Below are positions 1 through 7,444 of a DNA stretch of 17,462 nt, piece by piece; position 1 is the stretch's first letter; every line of letters begins with the position of its first letter. The position numbers and the translations under genes were made by a program. The stretch covers positions 1 to 17,462 of the IMG/VR virus record IMGVR_UViG_2711768066_000009; one strand, 5' to 3'. Under the pieces are notes generated by a model, which was not told the origin of the DNA, searched no databases, and worked only from the letters and a program-made list of their open reading frames with translations. Origin of the DNA: a virus (lineage: Duplodnaviria; Heunggongvirae; Uroviricota; Caudoviricetes).

Positions 1-573
1 ATGTTTTGCGAAGAAAAAGTAGCTCAAATGGCTGCATACCTACTTCTTAAGCGAGGTGGGCGCATGGCATATCTGAAATTGATGAAGTTGCTCTATCTGT
101 CTAACCGCCAGTCGATTTTGAAGCATGGCAGGATGATCGGCGAAGATAGCCTTTACTCTATGAAATTTGGACCAGTCATGTCGAATACGCTGAACTTGAT
201 TCGCGGTAAGGCTGAAGGCATTGGTGACTACTGGTACAACTTGATAGAGACGAACGGGCATAATGTATCGTTGCGTTCAGATCCGAGGGAAATGGATGCA
301 GACGAGGTCTTTGATGAATTGAGTCGTGCAGATATCCGGATTTTAGATGAAATCTATTCTCGGTATGGGCATATGAACCGATTTGATCTCGCAAATATGA
401 CGCATTTAGAAAGCGTTTGTCCAGAGTGGCACGATCCTGGCAATTCTCGTAAGCCTATAGACCTGAAAGAAATGCTGATCAGTGAGGGTAAAAGCGAGGA
501 TGAGGCTAATCGCATAATTGGCAAAATGGAAGAATCTCAGAAACTTAAGGAATTTTCTTTGCAATTATCATGA
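1..573 (+). CDS. DUF4065/Panacea-like domain protein (putative antitoxin-type component); may begin at or just before window edge
   Basis: 190-aa ORF starting at window position 1. Motif KLMKLLYLS...GRMIGEDSLYSMKFGPVMSNTL fits my memory of the DUF4065 (Panacea/SocA-like) signature (KLxKLLY ... GPV). Overlaps next ORF by 4 bp (ATGA). Family call is from memory, not a search. Confidence 0.55.
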   Translation: MFCEEKVAQMAAYLLLKRGGRMAYLKLMKLLYLSNRQSILKHGRMIGEDSLYSMKFGPVMSNTLNLIRGKAEGIGDYWYNLIETNGHNVSLRSDPREMDADEVFDELSRADIRILDEIYSRYGHMNRFDLANMTHLESVCPEWHDPGNSRKPIDLKEMLISEGKSEDEANRIIGKMEESQKLKEFSLQLS

Positions 574-989
574 CGGATTATCAGCCATACAGGAAAGGAA
601 CTGTGCTTGCCCCAACTGGGCCATGCAATCATCTTCATGTGATTTGTAATGATCCTGTTTATTACCCCGTTAACGATTGTTATTGTGTTTTAGTTGTTAA
701 TATTTCTAGTATCAAGGATGGTGTCCCCCACGATCCGTCTTGCGTCTTGAATTCTGGTGATCATCGCTTTATCAAGCATCCAAGTTATGTTGTTTACGCT
801 GAAGCTATAATTTGGCGAGTGGATAACATGGTTAGAAAGCAGCGATCGGGTGAGATTTCTGTTCATGATGATATGCCAGAAGCTACATTCAATAGAATTC
901 TGGACGGTTTTGATATCTCTGATGAAGTTACGCCAAAGAACCTTAAATTTAAAAATAAATATTGCGTATCATCTATTGATGATGAGTAA
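570..989 (+). CDS. hypothetical protein, candidate toxin/effector partner of upstream Panacea-like gene
   Basis: 139-aa ORF, ATGA overlap with upstream gene (translational coupling). Visibly more AT-rich than the phage backbone. No family recognised with confidence; faint resemblance to small beta-barrel toxins (MazF/PemK-like) is speculative. Confidence 0.5.
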   Translation: MTDYQPYRKGTVLAPTGPCNHLHVICNDPVYYPVNDCYCVLVVNISSIKDGVPHDPSCVLNSGDHRFIKHPSYVVYAEAIIWRVDNMVRKQRSGEISVHDDMPEATFNRILDGFDISDEVTPKNLKFKNKYCVSSIDDE

Positions 990-1028
990 ACAACAGGAAT
1001 TGTTTCGGTATAACTTCAGGAGTTTTCT

Positions 1029-1202
1029 ATGGAAGATCAAAAAGCAACCAAGCCACAGGTTAAGTTCGACACAATGAAAGCATTCGCAGGTATGGGTGCT
1101 GCTGTTGAAGTTCTGATGAAGGCTGCTCCTAATGCGTTCACTCACGCTACTGTCTCTGGTAAAGAGCAGCAGGGTAAGCTTCGTCGTCGCAAAGCAGCAT
1201 GA
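1029..1202 (+). CDS. small hypothetical protein (57 aa), basic C-terminus
   Basis: Hand-translated ORF below the 60-aa track cutoff: MEDQKATKPQVKFDTMKAFAGMGAAVEVLMKAAPNAFTHATVSGKEQQGKLRRRKAA. AGGAG 6 nt upstream of ATG; followed directly by an intrinsic terminator. Confidence 0.4.
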   Translation: MEDQKATKPQVKFDTMKAFAGMGAAVEVLMKAAPNAFTHATVSGKEQQGKLRRRKAA

Positions 1203-1218
1203 TCATAGCTGGTGCTTT

Positions 1219-1250
1219 TTGAAAACCCGCCTTTAGGCGGGTTTTTTATT
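1219..1250. terminator. bidirectional rho-independent terminator between convergent transcription units
   Basis: AAAACCCGCC-TTTA-GGCGGGTTTT perfect 10-bp stem, flanked by A-run upstream and T-run downstream; sits between the stop of the 57-aa ORF (+) and the stop of the minus-strand gene at 1250. Confidence 0.75.
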
Positions 1251-1531
1251 TAGTGATGTTCTTTGCCCTTCTGTTTGCTTGTTCTGACCTGTTCCCACTC
1301 GATACGTCCTTCTTCTCGTCTTTTGTCTATGTATTCCGCAAGATCCTGAATATTGATGCAACGTTTTGCTTTTTGTGATGTGCCGATGCGATATGTTGGA
1401 ACGGGCAACTTACAAGCGTTTGCTTTTGCTTCTGCCGTGGCTGGACTCATGCCAAAGTACTTTTGGCTAACTGCTGAGAGTTCAATGTTAGGGGTATTGA
1501 ATTCAGCCATCAGTAAAAACAAGGTGTTCAT
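1250..1531 (-). CDS. PrtN/excisionase-like DNA-binding protein (AlpA/Xis-fold family)
   Basis: Minus-strand ORF; start chosen at the internal ATG preceded by GGAG (MNTLFLLMAEFNTPNIELS...). N-terminus resembles PrtN-type pyocin activator / excisionase-like proteins as I remember them. Confidence 0.6.
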   Translation of the reverse strand: MNTLFLLMAEFNTPNIELSAVSQKYFGMSPATAEAKANACKLPVPTYRIGTSQKAKRCINIQDLAEYIDKRREEGRIEWEQVRTSKQKGKEHH

Positions 1532-1567
1532 AATTTTCTCCATCAAAACCGGCTGCACCCGGGAAAA

Positions 1568-2143
1568 TCATAATTCTGTGCTGGTGGCAGGAATTAATTT
1601 CTGCCAGATAGCGGAAACATATTTTGCCTGATGACGGGCATCAGCCAGGGCGTTGTGCCGTTCGCCATCGAAAGGCATGTCCATTTTGGGGTCGAATCCG
1701 ATGGAACGCCCAAGCGTAACGATCGTGCGTACATCGTGGTCATTCCAGTATGCCCACGGGCAGATTTGTCCTGCTCGCTCATAAGCTCCACGTAAAATTA
1801 CGTTGTCGAAGGTGGCTCCGTTACCCCAGACTTTTAAATATTTCGTATTGTCTGCGTGCCGGTTAATGAAATGATTTAGTTCTGAGAGAGCATCGCTGAT
1901 CGACAAAGTATCATCAATACAGATTGCAGCTCGTGCTTCAGGGCTTTGTTTCAACCACCACAGGATGGTATCGCCGTCAGGTGTAGCTCCTTGCCCCATA
2001 GCACTTTCCAGGCTAACAACCGTATAGAATTCTTGTCCGATGTCTCCGGTTTCTGGAGTGAAGAACACCGCGCCAATGGAAACGATCGGTGCATCCTTAT
2101 TTTTCCCCATCGTCTCAAGGTCGATCATTAAGTTGTTCATCAC
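1568..2143 (-). CDS. DEDDh-type 3'-5' exonuclease (DnaQ-like)
   Basis: 191-aa ORF with exonuclease motifs in order: Exo I IDLETMG (D-x-E), Exo II WGNGATFD, Exo III HNALADARH (H-x4-D). Confidence 0.75.
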   Translation of the reverse strand: MMNNLMIDLETMGKNKDAPIVSIGAVFFTPETGDIGQEFYTVVSLESAMGQGATPDGDTILWWLKQSPEARAAICIDDTLSISDALSELNHFINRHADNTKYLKVWGNGATFDNVILRGAYERAGQICPWAYWNDHDVRTIVTLGRSIGFDPKMDMPFDGERHNALADARHQAKYVSAIWQKLIPATSTEL

Positions 2144-2949
2144 TTCACCTCTTGTGATGGTTTTGCTGCAAAATACTCGATACCTTTATCCCAGATAGAT
2201 TTTATGGTCGACCACGTGACTGGCACTTTAATTTCAATACGTCCGCTCCCGTCACAGGTATCGCAATCATCATCGCCAAAGCATTCCAGGCAGCTTATAA
2301 ACGTAGTTTCTGAAAATTCACCGGATAGCGCCCCCTTAGCGCCGTTCTCGGCTGTTAGTCTCTTCGGCACCATAACCCAACCATCCGGAGTTACCGGAGA
2401 GTTGCCAGACAGTGCGTTCTGCAATCGTTCCAGCTTAACGTATTCCTGAACCCTGTTTCCGTCGCACGCCTGAAGCCATTGCACAGCCTTTTGCGCATCA
2501 GTGTGAAAGGCACAAGTGCGACCGTCATCAAATTGCATTTCGTAGAGGTCAGCAACCTGTTTAAACTGCGTTTGTGGCAACTTGTAAGCCTGGCTTGCAG
2601 GTACGGCACCATAGAGCATGGCAGCGCGGCAGGCGTTCCAGCCTTCATCAAAACCGACTATGCCATTATTTAAAGACGGACGAGCATCTGGCACCACCGG
2701 CACTGGCTTGGCTATATATAGCGGCTGAACATACCAGCCCTTTGATAACCAACTGTCAGCAATGTTTTTACTCCTGGTTATTGCCGGAATACCTAAGCCA
2801 TTGTCTGAATGCAGCCATGCCACCGGATCCTCTTCCAGCGATGCCAGAGCAATTTCATAAGCACGGCGCTCAACATTGTCTCGCACGTCCATGCTGCTGA
2901 TTCGTTCTTTGATTTCTTTAATCAGTTCTTTATCGGTAAATGTGGTCAT
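2140..2949 (-). CDS. hypothetical phage early protein (Cys-rich segment CLECFGDDDCDTCDGSG)
   Basis: 269-aa ORF, start/stop overlaps with neighbours indicate operon membership; no confident family assignment. Confidence 0.6.
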   Translation of the reverse strand: MTTFTDKELIKEIKERISSMDVRDNVERRAYEIALASLEEDPVAWLHSDNGLGIPAITRSKNIADSWLSKGWYVQPLYIAKPVPVVPDARPSLNNGIVGFDEGWNACRAAMLYGAVPASQAYKLPQTQFKQVADLYEMQFDDGRTCAFHTDAQKAVQWLQACDGNRVQEYVKLERLQNALSGNSPVTPDGWVMVPKRLTAENGAKGALSGEFSETTFISCLECFGDDDCDTCDGSGRIEIKVPVTWSTIKSIWDKGIEYFAAKPSQEVK

Positions 2950-3311
2950 TATGCTCCAGCCTCCAGTGCTTTTGGCATTACTGCCCAGTGAGTGATGTTG
3001 ACGTTTTCAAGGTCCCCGACCTGAAATGTCCACTGCCATTCTCCGGTTTCTTTTTGCCCCCATGTATACCAGAGAGAACGCCAGCCAATCAGCCAGCCTT
3101 CTCCATTAGCATCAAATAACAGAACACTTTCATTCGCTGGCGGCAGTTCAGCTGACACTGGTATTACTTTGTTTTCCAGTGCTGCACATTTAGCTTCAAG
3201 CGCATCAAATTTACGCACCAGGTATTCAGCATCCGTTTCATTCACTTTCAGATCTCGCGGTACACATTTCCCGCGAAGAAATCCTTCCATTTCGAAAACA
3301 TTCATGCGCAT
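2949..3311 (-). CDS. DUF551-like phage protein (YfdS-like)
   Basis: 120-aa ORF; Trp-rich C-terminal region (GWLIGWRSLWYTWGQKETGEWQW) typical of DUF551-type prophage proteins; overlaps flanking genes. Confidence 0.55.
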   Translation of the reverse strand: MRMNVFEMEGFLRGKCVPRDLKVNETDAEYLVRKFDALEAKCAALENKVIPVSAELPPANESVLLFDANGEGWLIGWRSLWYTWGQKETGEWQWTFQVGDLENVNITHWAVMPKALEAGA

Positions 3312-3838
3312 TTGCGTAACTCCGATAATTCGTTAAAGCGTTCCATAAACATCCCGTAGGCATAGCCTGGAGCCAGTGGAATCACGTTGAACATCTCTGT
3401 TGCCGGGATACCTTCCAGTACAGGCCAGAAAGAGCCATCATCAAGCCCGAGATCGCGGCGTTCGGTTGCCAGCATGATGAGATCGGCATATTTCACGGGC
3501 GTACTCATAACCGGTGGTAACCCGTATTTCTCACGGATTACGGCGTCTATTTTTTCTTCCATCCGTTTATAGTCAGGAAGAAGGCGTTTCAGTGGTGCGG
3601 GAATGTCCTGGCAATACGCTTCTGTTGCATCATGCATTAACGCTTCAAAAGCAAATTCCTGCGGCACCAGCTGGCTGCAAAGAACCGCATGTTGGGCGAC
3701 GCTGTAGAAGTGCGAAAGATGACCGGCAAAGCGACAGATATTTGAAAGGGAAACCGCGATATCGTTAATATCGATGTCGTCTTTATTTATCCTGTCATAA
3801 TAAAAATGCTTCCCGGAAAAAGTTTTAATAAATGACAT
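3302..3838 (-). CDS. yfdR: HD-domain phosphohydrolase (YfdR-like 5'-deoxynucleotidase family)
   Basis: Start set at internal ATG (MSFIKTFSGKHFYY...) preceded by GGAGAACAA. HD motif present (EALMHDATEAY). Resembles E. coli K-12 CPS-53 YfdR as I recall it. Confidence 0.65.
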   Translation of the reverse strand: MSFIKTFSGKHFYYDRINKDDIDINDIAVSLSNICRFAGHLSHFYSVAQHAVLCSQLVPQEFAFEALMHDATEAYCQDIPAPLKRLLPDYKRMEEKIDAVIREKYGLPPVMSTPVKYADLIMLATERRDLGLDDGSFWPVLEGIPATEMFNVIPLAPGYAYGMFMERFNELSELRKCA

Positions 3839-3931
3839 TTTGTTCTCCACGTATATGCGCTGCACTGCGCTGAATTCTGCTAAAAAGAATCCCTCACCAT
3901 CCGGTGATTATTGAGTTAATTACGTTTCCAT

Positions 3932-3953
3932 AAATGCCCCCGCAGGGGCATTT
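3932..3953. promoter_or_regulatory. perfect palindrome/hairpin AAATGCCCC-CGCA-GGGGCATTT in intergenic region
   Basis: 9-bp perfect inverted repeat with 4-nt loop between the DUF2303 gene stop and the HD-gene start; no adjoining U-run, so not a classical intrinsic terminator. Confidence 0.4.
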
Positions 3954-3965
3954 GCAGTAATGAAA

Positions 3966-4790
3966 TCAGGCGGTGAAAGTACCAATAAAGGTTTCTACTT
4001 TGCTGTCTTTGAATTTCTCAACAAGCAGATCACGAAATTCGTTAGCCATTTCTTCCTGCACCGCTTCCAGCTGAATAATGCGCAGAACCAGTACAGGACG
4101 ATCGCCAGTGATAATGCTGAGGCGTAATTTAAACGGACGTTCTTTCAGACCTTCAAACGGAACGCATTTAAATTCAAATGCCACTGGCATAATGTCTTTG
4201 GTCTTCGCTTCGACAGACTCCATCAGGGAGCGTTTGCCGCTGAAGTCATTGTCTTCAAAATCAGCGGTCTGGTTCGCTTCAATTGTGATTTTACGGATCG
4301 CCGCAGCCGCTTTGGTTGCCTGAATGGCGTCACCATTAGCATCAAAGCCCACAAGGTAGTCGGCCCAGTCTTCAATCCATTCTGCCAGTGACTTCTGGGA
4401 GTTACGCTCGCCATTAACAGACAACAGAGCAGAGAACGGTGCTGTCTTTTTCAGTTTGAGAGTGGCGGTGTTATCTGCGTGACCTGGTTCATCAATAGTA
4501 CCCAGGTTAAGCACACTGACGGCTCGCATATTATCGGCATCGATAAAGCAGCGGGTGCCTTCATCTGCAAGATCTTTAGAATAACGGGTAAAGTCATCGA
4601 TGCTGGCAGTGGAAAGTGAACCACGGAAACGGAAACGATTTAAATTAAATTTTTCCAGATCACGAATGCGGAAATTCTCAGGCAATGCCACAGCATCGGC
4701 ACCAATCTTACTGATAATTTCATTAACACCCTGAGCAGAAATAAGGGCATGGATTTGATTAATTGCGGTTGCGTCTAAGTACTGAGACAT
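3966..4790 (-). CDS. yfdQ: DUF2303-family prophage protein (YfdQ-like)
   Basis: 274-aa ORF, GAGGA RBS 6 nt upstream of ATG. Length and sequence resemble K-12 CPS-53 YfdQ as I recall; function unknown. Confidence 0.6.
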   Translation of the reverse strand: MSQYLDATAINQIHALISAQGVNEIISKIGADAVALPENFRIRDLEKFNLNRFRFRGSLSTASIDDFTRYSKDLADEGTRCFIDADNMRAVSVLNLGTIDEPGHADNTATLKLKKTAPFSALLSVNGERNSQKSLAEWIEDWADYLVGFDANGDAIQATKAAAAIRKITIEANQTADFEDNDFSGKRSLMESVEAKTKDIMPVAFEFKCVPFEGLKERPFKLRLSIITGDRPVLVLRIIQLEAVQEEMANEFRDLLVEKFKDSKVETFIGTFTA

Positions 4791-4855
4791 AATAAGTCCT
4801 CACTATATTAAGATATTCAGTGATGAGATAAATAATCAGTTAATTAAGAACGATA

Positions 4856-5218
4856 TTAATGACCTGCTGCGCGGAGTTTTCCGTCAGGTTCACCGGCAAG
4901 AGTCAGTAATTGTCCCTGGTCTTCCTGCAGAATAGTCAGGCGACCACCGCGATTGACATACATCGGCGTTTCGGTGGTGTCTTCTTCGGAAATTTTCCCG
5001 CGGTTAGTCGGGCGAACATATGAGAGTTTGTGTTTGATTTTCACACGGTTCTCATCAAATGGTTCGATTTCCAGGTTGAGTGAGACCTTCCCTTTGGTTT
5101 TCGTGTTCATCACACCGGAAGCGACTTCACTGAGAACTGCGCCGATTTTGGTTTCAAATACGCCGCCGTCCAGCTCCCCGATAAATGCCTGCACATCAGT
5201 ACTGCGTTCGCTAGCCAT
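4856..5218 (-). CDS. hypothetical phage early protein (YfdP-like), first gene of leftward early operon
   Basis: ORF track extends to 5449, but the internal ATG at 5218 (MASERSTDVQAFIG...) has a strong GAGGAG RBS and gives 120 aa; the upstream extension overlaps a structured terminator region. Confidence 0.55.
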   Translation of the reverse strand: MASERSTDVQAFIGELDGGVFETKIGAVLSEVASGVMNTKTKGKVSLNLEIEPFDENRVKIKHKLSYVRPTNRGKISEEDTTETPMYVNRGGRLTILQEDQGQLLTLAGEPDGKLRAAGH

Positions 5219-5352
5219 TTTGCTGCTCCTCATCATATCGACCCTGCAAGGTCGGTTAGTTTCTCCACAAAACAGAGAAGAACACCTGCGGTGGCAGCCG
5301 CCCGGATGGATTGGGTTATGAGCCCGTCGTCCGGTGATGCTCTTCTCTGTTT

Positions 5353-5401
5353 TGTAAAAAGAGCGGTACCAGCCGGAAGCAAGTGTACAAACTGGTACCG
5401 C
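5353..5401 (-). terminator. candidate intrinsic terminator in the leftward leader (tL-like)
   Basis: On the minus strand: 10-bp GC-rich stem (CGGTACCAG... / ...CTGGTACCGC, plus coords 5363-5372 and 5392-5401), 19-nt loop, then CTCTTTTTAC U-run. Confidence 0.45.
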
Positions 5402-5811
5402 CAAAGCAGTGGCTGTTGTGGTGGGGTTGTCACTCAGGCGTATGGTCAACCTGACAATCCGGTGTCCTCAACGGGGAAAGAGTAACCCCGCCATACTTAC
5501 CGCCGCGCCATTTCGCGGATTACCACAACGCTGAGAGCACTTAGCCAGTTACGGCACCACACTTTGTCGCTGCTCCATAAATGCCCTCATCGTTGCACCC
5601 TGGTCTATTCCCAGGCGTCAAACCGAATCGCCACGCTGGTTAGGCGTCTTATCAGCATCCTCATTGACTTGCACATTCCGGCTACCTGGTTTGTTTGCCC
5701 GAGCAAGGAGTGGATTGTCCCCTTTAACGTCCCCAGACCGCTAACGACGCATGTGCCATACGCCGTGTTACAAGCAAATTTTGTTTAATCTTCCTGTGGC
5801 ATGTTTCTTTT

Positions 5812-5845
5812 AGATACATTATGTATCTTAAGGGTACATTGTCAA
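5812..5845 (-). promoter_or_regulatory. PL-like leftward promoter with overlapping palindromic operator
   Basis: Minus strand reads TTGACA (-35, plus 5840-5845), 16-nt spacer, CATAAT (-10, plus 5818-5823). Perfect 17-bp palindrome AGATACATTATGTATCT (5812-5828) overlaps the -10 and start site. Confidence 0.5.
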
Positions 5846-5849
5846 GTAT

Positions 5850-5872
5850 AAAAAAACCTGCCGAAGCAGGTT
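5850..5872 (-). terminator. intrinsic terminator downstream of the repressor gene
   Basis: Minus strand: GCAGGTT... stem (7 bp, AACCTGC/GCAGGTT, 4-nt loop) followed by a run of 7 U (plus-strand A-run 5850-5856); lies between cI stop (5884) and the PL -35. Confidence 0.6.
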
Positions 5873-5883
5873 ATAAATATTGA

Positions 5884-6558
5884 TTAGGCCTTTATTTTGT
5901 ATCTTCTTGGTTTTCCTGAGAAAATTACTGTACCAATTATAGAGCAATTACCGTTAATCTTAATGTAAGGCTCAGGCCAGTTTGGGTTTAATGCTTTGAG
6001 ATAACGCTGTGTTCCATCTTCTATCAATCGCTTGAAGGTGGTTTCGCCTGTATCGTGCATCAATGCAATAACGTCGTCACCGTGGCAGGCAGGGACTTCG
6101 GGATCAACAAAAATCATGTCTCCCGGGCGATACTCATCAATCATTGAATCACCAATCACCCGCAAGATATAAGTCATTTCGCCACAGGGTACAGGGCAGG
6201 GATAAGTTTCTGCTGTGCTCAAATCAACCTCAGAATAGCCAACTTCTTTCCATGCTCCGGCCTGTACCCATGATATGACAGGGACTAACGTTATTTGTTT
6301 GTTAGTGATTGAAACATCAGGTTTTTTTGTGATGTTCGTGGTCTGGTGTTCTTGATCAAGCCATCCGACAGGCAGGTCGAAACATTTTTCGATGTGCCGT
6401 GCCATGCTGTCACCGATATTTTTAGTAGCACCATCTCCCATAAACCTGCTGGTCTGGGTTGGCTCGCGATCAATCATGGTGGCAAAGGAAGAATTCCCGC
6501 CAACACCATCTCTCAGTTTTCTGGCGTTAGACCGCCGGATGTCATGGACTGTTTTCAT
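5884..6558 (-). CDS. cI: CI-like prophage repressor (N-terminal HTH, C-terminal S24 LexA-like peptidase domain)
   Basis: 224-aa ORF; C-terminal region (VIGDSMIDEYRPGDMIFVD...) matches the S24 autocleavage domain pattern (Ser in GDSM). Position divergent from cro; weak or absent SD, consistent with a leaderless transcript. Confidence 0.85.
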   Translation of the reverse strand: MKTVHDIRRSNARKLRDGVGGNSSFATMIDREPTQTSRFMGDGATKNIGDSMARHIEKCFDLPVGWLDQEHQTTNITKKPDVSITNKQITLVPVISWVQAGAWKEVGYSEVDLSTAETYPCPVPCGEMTYILRVIGDSMIDEYRPGDMIFVDPEVPACHGDDVIALMHDTGETTFKRLIEDGTQRYLKALNPNWPEPYIKINGNCSIIGTVIFSGKPRRYKIKA

Positions 6559-6648
6559 AAAGAAATTAAAACCTTTGTACCGATAAGGTACAAGTATCTT
6601 GAAGGTTCATATTAATCATGTAATATGTATATCGGAGGTACATATTGT
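6559..6648. promoter_or_regulatory. immunity-region divergent promoters and operators (OR/PR/PRM-like)
   Basis: 19-bp palindrome TTGTACC-GATAA-GGTACAA (6575-6593). Rightward promoter candidate TTGAAG (6599-6604), 16 nt, TAATAT (6621-6626). Imperfect second site GGTACATATTGTATG (6636-6650). Leftward -10 candidate TTTAAT directly upstream of the cI ATG. Confidence 0.55.
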
Positions 6649-6849
6649 ATGAAAGCGTATTGGGACTCTTTAACCAAAGAACAGCAGGGCGAGTTGGCCG
6701 GAAAAGTTGGCTCAACACCAGGCTACTTACGGCTGGTTTTCAATGGTTATAAAAAAGCCAGTTTTGTGCTGGCTAAAAAACTTGAGCAATGCACGTCAGG
6801 TGCAATTACGAAATCTGACTTAAGACCGGATATCTATCCGAAAGATTAA
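6649..6849 (+). CDS. cro: Cro-like HTH regulator (YdaS-like)
   Basis: Start at ATG 6649 with GGAGG upstream (MKAYWDSLTKEQ...); small HTH protein; C-terminal ITKSDLRPDIYP resembles YdaS/Cro-family proteins; divergent from cI. Confidence 0.7.
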   Translation: MKAYWDSLTKEQQGELAGKVGSTPGYLRLVFNGYKKASFVLAKKLEQCTSGAITKSDLRPDIYPKD

Positions 6850-6880
6850 CAGAACACCTTCAATTTTTAACCACAGAACG

Positions 6881-7444
6881 ATGAGGCGAACCGTGGGTAA
6901 GCATCACTGGAAAGTAGAAAAACAGCCTGAGTGGTACGTGAAAGCTGTCAGAAAAACTATCGCGGCGTTGCCGGGGGGTTACGCTGAAGCTGCTGAGTGG
7001 CTGGATGTAACAGAGAACGCTTTATTCAACCGCCTTCGTGCAGATGGCGATCAGATTTTCCCGCTGGGATGGGCAATGATTTTACAGCGCGCGGCTGGCA
7101 CTCACTACATTGCGGATGCTGTCGCACAGTCTGCTGGTGGGGTGTTTGTATCGCTTCCTGAAATTGAGGAAGTAGAGAACGCCGATATAAACCAGCGCCT
7201 GCTGGAAGTCATCGAACAGATCGGGAGTTACTCAAAGCAGATTCGTTCGGCAATCGAAGATGGGGTAGTGGAGCCACACGAGCAGACAGCAATTAATGAT
7301 GAGTTGTATCTGTCAATTTCGAAGCTCCAGGAGCATGCAGCACTGGTCTACAAAATCTTTTGCGCTCCAGAAAAGAGTGACGCCCGCGAGTGTGCAGCTC
7401 CGGGCGTCGTGGCGTTTTGTGTCTGTGGAGAAACTAACGCATGA
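6881..7444 (+). CDS. CII-like/YdaT-family regulatory protein
   Basis: 187-aa ORF immediately after cro in the rightward operon; start may instead be the in-frame GTG at 6893 (GAGG upstream). Family call is from position and general resemblance only. Confidence 0.5.
   Translation: MRRTVGKHHWKVEKQPEWYVKAVRKTIAALPGGYAEAAEWLDVTENALFNRLRADGDQIFPLGWAMILQRAAGTHYIADAVAQSAGGVFVSLPEIEEVENADINQRLLEVIEQIGSYSKQIRSAIEDGVVEPHEQTAINDELYLSISKLQEHAALVYKIFCAPEKSDARECAAPGVVAFCVCGETNA

Noticed and set aside
40-394. Minus-strand ORFs 40..261 and 176..394 (73 and 72 aa)
   Set aside because: Fully embedded antisense to the Panacea-like gene, which has a coherent domain signature; no start signals. Likely spurious.
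850-1077. Plus-strand ORF 850..1077 (75 aa)
   Set aside because: Out-of-frame overlap with the 3' end of the 139-aa gene, no RBS, and low-complexity hydrophobic translation; the RBS-equipped 57-aa ORF at 1029 is a better explanation of the downstream sequence.
4856-5449. Full-length 197-aa version of the ORF 4856..5449
   Set aside because: The N-terminal 77 codons run through the terminator-like hairpins of the leader and lack an RBS, whereas the internal ATG at 5218 has GAGGAG at ideal spacing; the shorter 120-aa form was called instead.
5233-5788. Short ORFs in the PL leader (5233..5433 -, 5291..5485 +, 5564..5788 +) as possible N-like antiterminator
   Set aside because: None has an arginine-rich N-terminus or an RBS; they overlap strong RNA secondary structure. 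Treated as non-coding.
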